From assembly GCA_030704615.1 (NCBI GenBank), contig CM060734.1, positions 57,164,001 to 57,228,000 of the forward strand: a stretch of DNA of 64,000 nt. The letters run 5' to 3'. This document shows, in pieces, positions 39,301-49,241 of this stretch (positions within the stretch are counted from its first letter, which is position 1; every line of letters starts with the position of its first letter). Source of the DNA: Takakia lepidozioides (taxonomy: Eukaryota > Plantae > Bryophyta). The notes under the pieces are model-generated. The model saw nothing but the letters and a program-made list of their open reading frames with translations. It was not told where the DNA came from and ran no database searches. The position numbers and the translations under genes were made by a program.

Positions 39301-39559
39301 CCGAAACCTCCTCGCACACATACCCTAGCGTTTCTAGGGTTGCTTGCTCCAGATGCGAAGGTTGATCCAACTGCGGGCCTCCCATGCATGTTTGCCCTCT
39401 CTCCCGCTCGCTCGCTCTAAGTCCCAACCCTCTCTCTCTCCCTCCCGCTCGCTCTAAGTCTGTTCACGCTACCGTGATGAGCAACTTTTTAAGTTTTTTA
39501 ACCTTTTTGTAAACCCTAAAAGCCCCTTTTTGATTTTTTTTTGTTTTTTATTTTTTTCC

Positions 39560-39740
39560 TTAAAGGAAACCACAAGCCCTTGAGGAGGGGGAAAATTCAC
39601 CCGCCTTCATTTATGGGCCATAAGACCTACAGGACGATCAACGTCAAGACATACCGTCTCGAACAATCCCACACACGGGATAAGGGCAGCGGGTTTGAAC
39701 CCCAAACCACAAGGGCGACACACTGTGCACTTACCAGCCG
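39560..39740 (-). mobile_element. tRNA-derived SINE-like copy (5'-truncated)
   Basis: Shares GGGCAGCGGGTT(T/G)GAACCC..ACACTGTGCACTTACCAGC with 60460-60536; B-box-like GGTTCAAACCC on the minus strand; A-rich tail. Confidence 0.55.
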
Positions 39741-40203
39741 ATGTGATTTTTTTTAAATCTTTGTTTTTTTTGGGTTTTTTTTAATTCATTCTAGTGGTAA
39801 GAGTCTCCGTTTTTTTAAGATATAAATACTCATATATTATATATATAACCAGAAAAGCATGTGTCGACACGTGTAGTCATGTAGTGATTCATCCATGTGA
39901 TGATCTGGCATAATGCATTAGAGTGAGAGTCATGAAGTCATATGTCTGTCTTGCAATATGCACACGTCATTCCAGTGTAGCCATGACCGTGACTGGTAGT
40001 CATATCTGCCATGCCAATATTCGTGGTCAAACATGTTTGACCTGTGTTGCGCAGAGTCCGAAGCCATGCAGTCGCATATACGCCTTCTCCAGACCTGCAT
40101 TATGACTTCAAAAGCATTTTACGACTGCAAATGGCATTTCTGCCACAAATCTGTCATGACTGCGCACCCATGGGAGTCATAAAAGCCGCAATCTGTTGTA
40201 GTG

Positions 40204-40955
40204 TGTACCCCCAATCCTTCAGGATATATCATGTGACCCAGATACTCAATCTGGTTGTGGAAAAACTTGCACTTTCCCGGATGTAACTTCAATCCGTGCG
40301 CCCTCAAGCGCTCAAATACCCCTTGAAGGTATCTCTCATGCTCTTCCACCGTAGCACTAAAGATGATGATGTCATCTATGTAGCACCGAGCAAACTCCAC
40401 CCCTGCTAGAATCCTGTCCATGACTCTCTGAAACTCTGCCGGAGCGTTCTTAAGCCCAAATGGTAAGAACCGCCACTGGTATAGGCAATCCTTCCCGTGC
40501 TCATTGATCCCCCAGAATGCCGTCTTTTGCTTATCCGCCTCCTTGATCGGCAACTGCTGATATCCAGATCGTAAATCCAACGTGCTAAAGACCTTGGCAT
40601 GCCCAATGGCATCAAAGATCTCCTCTGGTGTTGGCATGGCATACTTATCGGACTTGGTCTGACGATTTACAGGCCGGTAATCACCGCACATACGTCTCTC
40701 CGTCCAATTGCCAAAGACATCCTTCTTGGCTAGCATCACTGTGGCTGAAGCATACTCTCCCCCAGATAGCTCCACCAAACCAGCCTCCCAAAGGTCCTGA
40801 GTTCTCATCTGAATCAAGGACCTCTCCATGTCACTGTATCTATAGGGTCTCCGAAAGATTGGCGTGTCAATAGCCAATTCAATGCGAATCTCTTGACCCT
40901 TCAGTGCTCCTAAGTCCTTCAAACTGAAGGCAAAGCAGTTCCTGTAAGCCCTCAA
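40204..40955 (-). pseudogene. Gypsy reverse transcriptase core
   Basis: PIFRRPYR, RMCGDYRPVN, LDLRSGYQQ, LPFGLKNAP, YIDD, KCKF, YLGH. Confidence 0.95.
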
Positions 40956-41317
40956 GAACCGCCGTATACGTCGTCTCTCTCCTCCGTGACTGCAACCTTG
41001 AGTCCAGCAGGCTTAGAGGTAGAAGACGCGTCCCGTGGTTGTTATGCTGCAACCTCTTGAGCAGTGACCACTGCCTCCTCTGTCAGTGACAATGTCTCAT
41101 TCTACCCCATCATCCCATCCTTGAGGACCTCCTCAATCCGAGAAAAATCCCCAACCTGATCCATCACCGCCGCCTTGGCTGCCAACTCCTTCTGAACCTC
41201 GAGCACCTCCAACGTGTGCCATGGATGTGGCCTGCACTTCGTGGTCCTCACCTGCTTGCCCCCACTCGCTGCCTGTACCGTCTCGATAGGCAGGGAGACC
41301 ATGAAGGGAAGAGTACT

Positions 41318-42300
41318 TCATACTCTGCGCTGCTCAGTCATAGTCAAGCTGATAATCCAGGTCAAGCAATTGAGATCTATTGCTTGCCCCAACACCTGAC
41401 GACGTGATGCCTCAGAAAGAGATGGCACCACCGTGGTACCTGTGGTAAAACCCATCGCCCGCTCGCGCTCGTCAGCATTGGGCTCCACTAATTGTTGCAA
41501 CTAGCTATCCCACAAGTGGCCAGGTCCACCATCCCGAAAAGCATGGGATCCTGGGAAGCTGAGCAGTGTAGGTAATGCTGCTCATGGTTGACCCACCCTG
41601 TTGACCACTGCCAAAGGCGAACGGTCATCGTGTCTCACACGTTGAGACTGCCTCCCTGTGTCCAAAATGCTATCCACTGTGAAGTGTGCTGGCCGCTGCA
41701 CCCCATCAAATGCACGCTTGAGCAGTGCGGGTGGCATCAAGATAGTCCACCATAGCCGTGGACGATGAGCCCATGACCCCACTGCAGCTGCATCCAGCAA
41801 CACTGCTGACCCAAGCCACGACCGGACTTGATGCACACCGGCCATCACCCTGGCCCGAGAATCACCCATCAGTGGTACATTCTCCAAGATGTATGCTGGA
41901 GATACAGCTTGATGAAGCTGCAAGTGGCGCAAAATCCGCACCATCTCCCAAAACAGACCCGTCCTCGAGTATCGCAATCCATTGCCATGCCTGGCTGATG
42001 AATGCCCTTGGCAGGGCCAACCTGCCACTACCAGATCAATGGAGCCAACCCGCTCCAAATCCTGTGCCCCCAGCAACGAAATGTCTGCTGGCAAGGCTTG
42101 TTGGTATCCACGAACTGCAGACACTGGCAACAAATCAGGGTACTGCTGTACCAACTGAGCAACATGGCGCAGTGAGACGCATCGTGCAGTCTCATCCCTC
42201 TCCACATACATGTAACGTTGAACTCGTACACTTGCCTGCTGTACTGCAGCCAATCTAGTGCTGATCCCGCCAAACAAGTCCAGAAGACATATGCCTTCAT
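41318..42300 (-). pseudogene. C5 cytosine DNA methyltransferase domain (DNMT3-like) within the Gypsy polyprotein
   Basis: Motif I LLDLFGGIS, II VERD, IV VVAGWPCQGHS (catalytic PC), VI ILENV, VIII HRPRLWW, IX ERERAMGF..GTT, X RRQVLGQAID; same frame through two stops (~41582, ~41502). Confidence 0.9.
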
Positions 42301-42603
42301 CCGGGCACTGCCACACAAGAGGTGTGGTGTCCAATGGCAACAACTGAGGTGGTCCTGGTGCAATCACCGCACTCTCCTCTTCTCCTGACGATACGAAGGC
42401 CTCTACCCAGGCTTGTTGTACCCGTCCATCAGCAGCCTGCTGCAAATCCTTGCTCGTACCCCATAATGGAGTGTGAGCGACCATGGCAGGCAACTCCGCC
42501 GTACCATGCAAGTCATCCTGCTCTGCTGGAGGTGGCACATCCTCTGCATGGGCATTGCCTTCCAGCAACTCTCCAGGCCAACTAACTGCAGCTGTAAAGG
42601 CGG

Positions 42604-43797
42604 CTAGTGTTGGTAGCTTGCCCGCTGGGCAGCCGCAATACCCCCAATGAATGTCACAGGGAGCTGTGCACGACGACCATCCCCTGACTGCCATCCAGGC
42701 CTGTAGGATGCTGACTCCTCCCAAAAGTCCAGGATGAAGCCCATGGGATATAACACTGCCCCACCAACAAGGACATCGTAAGAGACCGCGTCTGTCACAA
42801 TGGCCTTGGCTTGCATCACTGAGCCATCTACAGGATGATCTGGTTGTAGTCCAATGGCCAACTCACGCCGTGTCATGCCCCGAGCCTGCTCTGATCCTTC
42901 CAGAGATGTATGTATCTAGAAAGGACAAGGCTCCATATCCGCCTCCATGAGGCCCAAACCTGCAATAGCAGCTCTGCCCAACATCAGTGGCTGAGCTCCT
43001 GAGTCCAACAAGACCCGCAGTGGCCGGTACTTCTTGCCTGCCGGTCCACTCAAAGTGAAAATGCCTCCCTGGTTGTCTAACAAGACAACTCCAGGTGTCA
43101 CCATGGCGCGCTCAAAGGCTGGCCTAGCTGGCAGCTCCGTCAACCTGGTAGCTGCAGCTTGCCATGGCGCAGCCGTGGCCGTCTTGACCCTCAAATCCGA
43201 GGATCCCTCTGCCACTACACCTTCCAGTAACTCCGCAGAAGATGAAGTGACCTCCCCACTCTCGCAGAGTGTTGCTGCTAGTCTGAACACTGCAGCTGGT
43301 CTTACCCCCGGCGTCGCAATCATGGTTGCCGAGAATAGTGGGGCTTGACACATAGAGGTGGCTGCCCCCAATAACACACCGGCTGCACTAGCCTTGGTAG
43401 CAGGTGTCAGTGCTGCACGTGTAGCTCTCCCCAATGGCATAGTAACCTCCGCCTCGGTAACAGTCGGGCGAGAACTAGGTGCCATGGATGGCGTCGACAC
43501 TGTCTCCGCCAATGTGAATGACTGAGGAAGCCTCGCCTGACGGCTTGCCTCCCCACGCTGTGGATCCAATTCTACCTCTGCACCTCGTGGCTCAGGAACT
43601 CGTGCTGCTCCTCGAGTCATGGCTACAGCAGACTCCACCTGCACTAGTGGTAGTGCTGCTCCGCACATGAATCCCATGCCTCCCATATCTCCTCCCTCAG
43701 GAGCAGGAGGTGGACCATCCCGCCTGGGAGCCGGTACCACCTGAGCTGTAGCCATGGCAGCGAGCCTCTGCTCTAGCTGCTGAAGCCGGTTGGCCAT
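42604..43797 (-). pseudogene. Gypsy gag-pol linker and aspartic protease
   Basis: VLLDSGAQ active site and downstream YDVLVG; in-frame stop at 42916. Confidence 0.85.
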
Positions 43798-43899
43798 GTC
43801 TTGGTCAACACCCTGACCTCCGCATCCTTGGCCATGTTGAGCTTGCCCTTGGCCTGCACCTCGTGCCCGACCACCTCGTCCTCTCTGGGCTGGTCCATC

Positions 43900-45215
43900 T
43901 CACCCCCGGCCACCATTGTTCCCTTGGAAATGGCCTGGGCGCAACTCAGGGTGCAAGTCATAACACTGGGCATCTCCATGCCCATACTTGTCACAACGCC
44001 CACACTGCAACTGTGCAGGCTGTGCTTGTGTCGGCCTTCTGCCACTCTCTGGGCAATCTCTCTTGACATGGGGTCCTCTACATGTCCAACATATCACCCC
44101 TGGTTGTTGTTGGCCTGCAAAGATGCCACGGGCCTCTGCACCTGAGGTCCCCTGTAAGCTCCATGGAACTTGGGTTGGGCAACCTTGCCCCCCTGACCAC
44201 GTTGTTGGGCAGTCCCTTGTACCTATTGGCACCAAGCTGCACCTCGTGCAGGCATGTCCTTGCCAAATCCAATGGTAACAACTCGCTCCTCCACCATGTT
44301 GAGCTCAATCCGCTCAGCCAGCAGAAACACATCCGCTAATGTGGGTTGGGCTGCTTGTAACAGGGTTGCATCCCGCACCCTTCTCTTGAGCTCCTTGTCC
44401 AAAATTCCATACTAGAACTGGACTGCCTGAGCTTCAGTAACCCCTTGGGTCACACTTATCAAGCGCCTCATCCGAGTGTAGGCCTCTCGCAAGCTCTCAC
44501 TGGATTTGCGTTGGAAGTCTTGCAAACTTCGCAGCTTCTCTGTCCGTACACCTTGGTAGTTCCTCCGCAACTCCTGGAAGAACTCCACCACCGGGTTGAA
44601 TCTAGGCACATGTGTTGTAATTCTGGCAGGAGGAGTAGTAGCACCTTTTGAACGGGTACCACCTACACAAGTGCCGGCACTACTTGTTCCACTACTAGTG
44701 CTTGTAGTTGGAGATGTTTGTGTAGCTGCTGGTGTCACCACTGCCCTTGTGCCTCTAGTGATTGAGACATAGTTAGGTGACCAATTCTCTCGCCACTCCT
44801 TAATCTCCACCGCATGTCCCCGCCTAAATTCATGGTAATCATACATGGGCGGCCCCTCAAGGTGCTGGAATAGCCCCTTCCACGCCATAAAGGGCGTAAA
44901 CAGTTGTGGATTGCGCATTTGCTGCAAATCACACCAACTGTCAAACTCTTGTATAAAGTCATCAAGCTCGATGGTGCCCACAGCTCCAGAGTACCTACGT
45001 GGCCCCTTGGTAGCTCCATACATCTCCTCCATCGTGTCCCACAACAATGGCACGGAAATGACTTGCACCCTCGGCGAGAATCCTCCTGACTCCGAGTCTG
45101 AACCTTCCTCAGTAGACACTGAAGGTGAAAGTGGTCTAAACCGCACACCTTGTCTTGTGTACCCACTAGTATCGCTGGTGTTTGTACCGGCACTCCCCTC
45201 AGCAGCTGGTGGCAC
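43900..45215 (-). pseudogene. Gypsy gag with two zinc knuckles
   Basis: RRYSG..LDDFIQEF, LQDFQRKSSESLREAYTRM, CWTCRGPHVKRDC and CGRCDKYGHGDAQC. Confidence 0.8.
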
Positions 45216-46029
45216 CTCCGTGATGAAAACTCATAACCCAACCGGTTGTCAACCTGTCTCTAATCCCCACTTTCTACAAGGTAACCGAGTAAAGAACCTG
45301 TTGCGGCTACTGGTTCAAGCAGGAATAATAGGTTTATAACGTAGACCTGTACCTGCACCTGCATCCACCGCAAGCACTCCTATGGTCTGCTGGTCATCAA
45401 CCCAGCCTCACCATAGAAGAAACACTGGTGGTCTTGCTGGTCATCACTCCAGCCTCACCACCGACAGCATACTCTAGGATTGGCCGGTGATCAAATCCGG
45501 ACCAACCTCCTATGAAAACAAGCGCCCACACAAAGCTAACATGGCGCACAGTCAAGCATGCAGGTGTGGAGGGGATCCAAACACAAGAAAATCAAGACCG
45601 CAACTCCCCCACAACAAAAACACTCCACAGTGTCGCTCCTGCAAGGACACCCCAGCCCAAACCCGGACTGACTCTTGCCTCCACCTACGGAAAGGTTTTG
45701 GCCTACAGAGAGGGTGAAATACTATGGAGAAGAGAAACTAAAGCAATTCCTAACCCCAGAATGCTCTCATCCCACCACTCTCCCTCCTGTCTCTATCCAC
45801 TCGCTTGTATGGCCGTGGCAAGTATCCTTCAATATCCCTCAATCAATCCTTCAAGAGCTCTTCAACATTGTCCACCAAAGCTCCTCAAAGGGTCCTCCAA
45901 GGACCCCAAAGATCCTCCAAACACTCCTCCAAGGACCCCAAAGATCCTCCAAATACTCCTCCAAGGGCCCTCAAATATCTTCCAAACAATCCTCCAAAGG
46001 CCCTTAAATTTCACTAAGTCATTTCACTG

Positions 46030-46430
46030 TTGATACCTTAACAGAGGTATAGTCTGAGGTTGCTAGGGTCCCTTATGTTGATGATACATTTACACATGTA
46101 TAGTCTGAAAATGAGGGTTCTGTTTGATATACTAACAGAGGTATAGTCTGAGCTGATTAGGATCCACATATGGTGATACCTCAACAGAGGTATGGTAAAA
46201 GGGACAAGCTCCTGTTTGGTATACTAACAGAGGTATAGTCTGAGCTGATTAGGTTCACATATGGTGATACCTCAATAGAGGTATAGTAAAATGGACAAGC
46301 TCTTGTTTGGTATACTAATAGAGGTATAGTCTCACATTAGGGTTCACATATGGTGATACCTCAACAGAGGTATAGTCAAAGGGACAAGCTCATGTTTGGT
46401 ATACTAACAGAGGTATAGTCTGAGCATACA
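46030..46430. repeat. Tandem repeat, ~45-bp subunits forming a ~90-bp dimer
   Basis: AACAGAGGTATAGT recurs every 42-49 bp. Confidence 0.85.
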
Positions 46431-46929
46431 CTACTAGGGTTTGTAATTTTGTGTGTTGGGACTGTCTCACATGCCAAGTGAGGTGTCGAGCCTCACTTGA
46501 GACATGGAGATAGGTTTTCCCCTTGTGAGTGTTGAGGAGGCTCATCTTCTTGTAGTTGAGCCTCCATGAGCTTCTCTCACCTCCATGCAAGAGAGTAGCT
46601 ACCGCGTGAGCAGTTCACGTGAGCACGCTCACGCTTTAAGTAGTAAACGTGAGCATAATCCCTTACGCGTGAGCAGATTAGTGAATGAGAGCCTACAACC
46701 GAGGGAAGAAGATGACCTATTGTCATGGACAAATACTACACTGTACAGACACAATCTCCACCCCATGCGACGGAAGAATCCTTCATGGGTGACGACCATA
46801 TGGTACGAATGTGCGATGAAAAGCTGTCGGATGAATGGTTTTGAGATGAATGAAAAAATGAATGGATGAATGTTGGATGACTTTGGATGAAAAATGAGCA
46901 ACATGAATGAACCATGGTGCGTGTGCAGG

Positions 46930-48310
46930 TGCTCGGGATTAGAGTGTCGTCAACGACATCTTAATTCCCAGTACGAGTTGGCACATGACAGCTTACGGAA
47001 AACAAAAACATTAACCAAAAAAATTTCAACCCAAAAACTTTCAAGGCGAAGAAGCCTTGGCGGTAAGGCAGAGTGCAGGTGGTGGGGATTAAGGTGTCGT
47101 CAACGACATCTTAATTCCAAGCAAGTTTTAAAAACAAAAAAAAAATCCGTTTTTTTTTTTTTTTTTTTTTTTTTTGTTGCCCCCCCTTCCCCCCCCCCCC
47201 CAATGTGCCAGATTAAGGTGTTGTCAACGCCATCTTAATTCCTAGCAAGTTTTCAATAAAAATAAAAAAATCCGTTTTATTTTATTTTCCCCCTGAATGT
47301 GCCAGATTAAGGTGTCGTCAACGACATCTTAATTCTCAGTACGAGTTGGCACATGACAATTCATGGAAAAACAAAAAAAAACCCAAAAAAATCACACAAA
47401 AAATTTCAACCCAACAAAATCTGATGGCGAACAGCCTTGGCGGTAAGGCGGTGTGTGTGTAGGTGCTAGGGATTAAGGTGTCGTCAACGACATCTTAATT
47501 CTCAGTACGAGTTGGCACATGACAATTCATGGAAAAACCAAAAACCCCAAAAAAATTCACCCAAAAAATTTCAACCCACAAAAATCTGATGGCGAACAAG
47601 CCTCGGCGGTAAGGCGGTGTGTGTACAGGTGCTGGGGATTAAGGTGTCGTCAACGACATCTTAATTCCCAGTACGAGTTGGCATATGACAATTCATGGAA
47701 AAATCAAAAACCCCAAAAAAATTCACCCGAAAAAATCTGATGGCGAACAAGCCTTGGCGGTAAGGCAGTGTGTGTGCAAGTGCTGGGGATTAAGGTGTCG
47801 TCAACGACATCTTAATTCTCAGTACGAGTTGGCACATGACAATTCATGGAAAAACAAAAAAAAACCCAAAAAAAATCACACAAAAAAATTCAACCCAAAA
47901 AAATCTGATGGCGAACAGCCTTGGCGGTAAGGCGGTGTGTGTGCAGGTGCTAGGGATTAAGGTGTCGTCAATGACATCTTAATTCCCAGTACGAGTTGGC
48001 ACATGACAATTCATGGAAAAACCAAAAACCCCAAAAAAATTCACCCAGAAAATTTCAACCCACAAAAATTTGATGGCGAACAAGCCTTGGTGGTAAGGCG
48101 GTGTGTGTACAGGTGCTGGGGATTAAGGTGTCGTCAACGACATCTTAATTCCCAGTACAAGTTGGCATATGACAATTCATGGAAAAATCAAAAACCCCAA
48201 AAAAAAGATTCACCCGAAAAAATCTGATGGCGAACAAGCTTTGGCGGTAAGGCAGTGTGTGTGCAGGTGCTGGGATTAAGGTGTCGTCAACGACATCTTA
48301 ATTCCCAGTA
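46930..48310. repeat. Tandem array of 151-167-bp units, each with a palindrome; ~485-bp higher-order repeat
   Basis: ATTAAGGTGTCGTCAACGACATCTTAAT cores at 47312, 47478, 47644, 47795, 47962, 48128, 48281 (spacings 166,166,151,167,166,153), plus 46944, 47094, 47217. Confidence 0.9.
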
Positions 48311-49241
48311 CGTGTTTTGAAATGTTTATTTATAAAGCACGAGTTCACCTCTCTGCCTTCTTTAGATTTGGGTGTGAGCATTTCTCTCAACCTTGGAAAC
48401 CGTTTGATTCAAGGTGGCCTCAACTCTGCACCTCTGCTTTCAATTTCAATGTAGTCTTGTGTTTGTTCTGTGTTATGCCATTATCTTGTTTGATTGCTTT
48501 TTTTGATTCCTACACAAGTTGGGCTAGCAGAATATATGTGGACTTACATTGTTTGTGTGTGTGTACAGGAGCCCAAGGTCGCCACGGTTCCTCCCTTTCT
48601 TCGCATATCCGCAATTTTTCCCAAGTCCAAAAGCAGATTTTAAATTGTCATGTTATGCGGAGGCTGCAGCTTCGGAATTTAGTCTCCTCTCTTCTACCCC
48701 TACTGTGCTTTTAAATAGAGAGGGTTTTGTGCAAAGCAGGGCTAGTGTCTTCATAGACAGTTCTGCCTTCATTTTGGACACCGACTCCGATAGCATAGAA
48801 TATTCTTCGTCGGAATGAATCTGCAGTTTTTAAACTATTTAGTTTGAAGCACCAAATGGCCTCTCTACCTTCTTTGCAATTGTGTGTCAGCAACTATGTC
48901 GACTTCTGATACCTAGTGAAAGGACAATCACAACCCTCACCAGTGGGCAGAGGTTCACTCTAGAGCTAGGTGGATTTAACAACCACTACTCAAAAATGCA
49001 TCTTAGTTTTGCATTCATCCACAAACTACATTCATCCATGTGCCATTCGTCGAACATACATTCATCCCCCATTCATCCATCGTTCATCCATCATTCATCC
49101 ATAACGATGAATGAAGTATGCATGATATACTAGACACAACCCGCAGTAATAGGTCTTCTAGGCCGAATAGGTGTCCGCGGTTATAGGTGAGCACATGCAG
49201 AAGCGTGAGCAGAATTTTGCTCACGAAATTTAGCAATCCCC

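Larger units (their letters stand above)
35174..40203. mobile_element. Non-autonomous Pack-CACTA element carrying PDF/PPR host-gene fragments
   Basis: TIRs CACTACAACAAATTGCGGCTTTTA / TAAAAGCCGCAATCTGTTGTAGTG (23 of 24 match); 3-bp TSD TGT. Removing it restores Gypsy pol GLGVQQTKVESIAQVPRP. Confidence 0.92.
32655..45500 (-). mobile_element. Ty3/Gypsy retrotransposon, domain order gag-PR-DNMT-RT-RNaseH-IN-PHD (degenerate; right boundary approximate)
   Basis: gag with two Zn knuckles, LLDSGA protease, RT (RMCGDYR, YIDD), RNase H, integrase after RNase H (Gypsy order); PPT-like AGGGGGGCGAT on the minus strand at ~32655-32665. Confidence 0.92.
32142..49241. mobile_element. MULE-like non-autonomous DNA element (with nested Gypsy)
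   Basis: Exact 9-bp TSD TGAGCAAAC (32133-32141, 49242-49250); G...C termini; degenerate inverted terminal regions rich in CGTGAGCA/TGCTCACG and GGATGAA/TTCATCC; no transposase recognised. Confidence 0.7.

Noticed and set aside
41318-42300. Host DRM/CMT gene or bacterial contaminant methyltransferase
   Set aside because: Intronless, co-oriented and embedded between Gypsy protease and RT, with similar decay; motif order is not DRM-permuted.
46930-48310. CRISPR-like array of palindromic repeats
   Set aside because: Spacers are 120-140 bp and homologous to each other, there are no cas genes and the context is eukaryotic; it is a tandem repeat.
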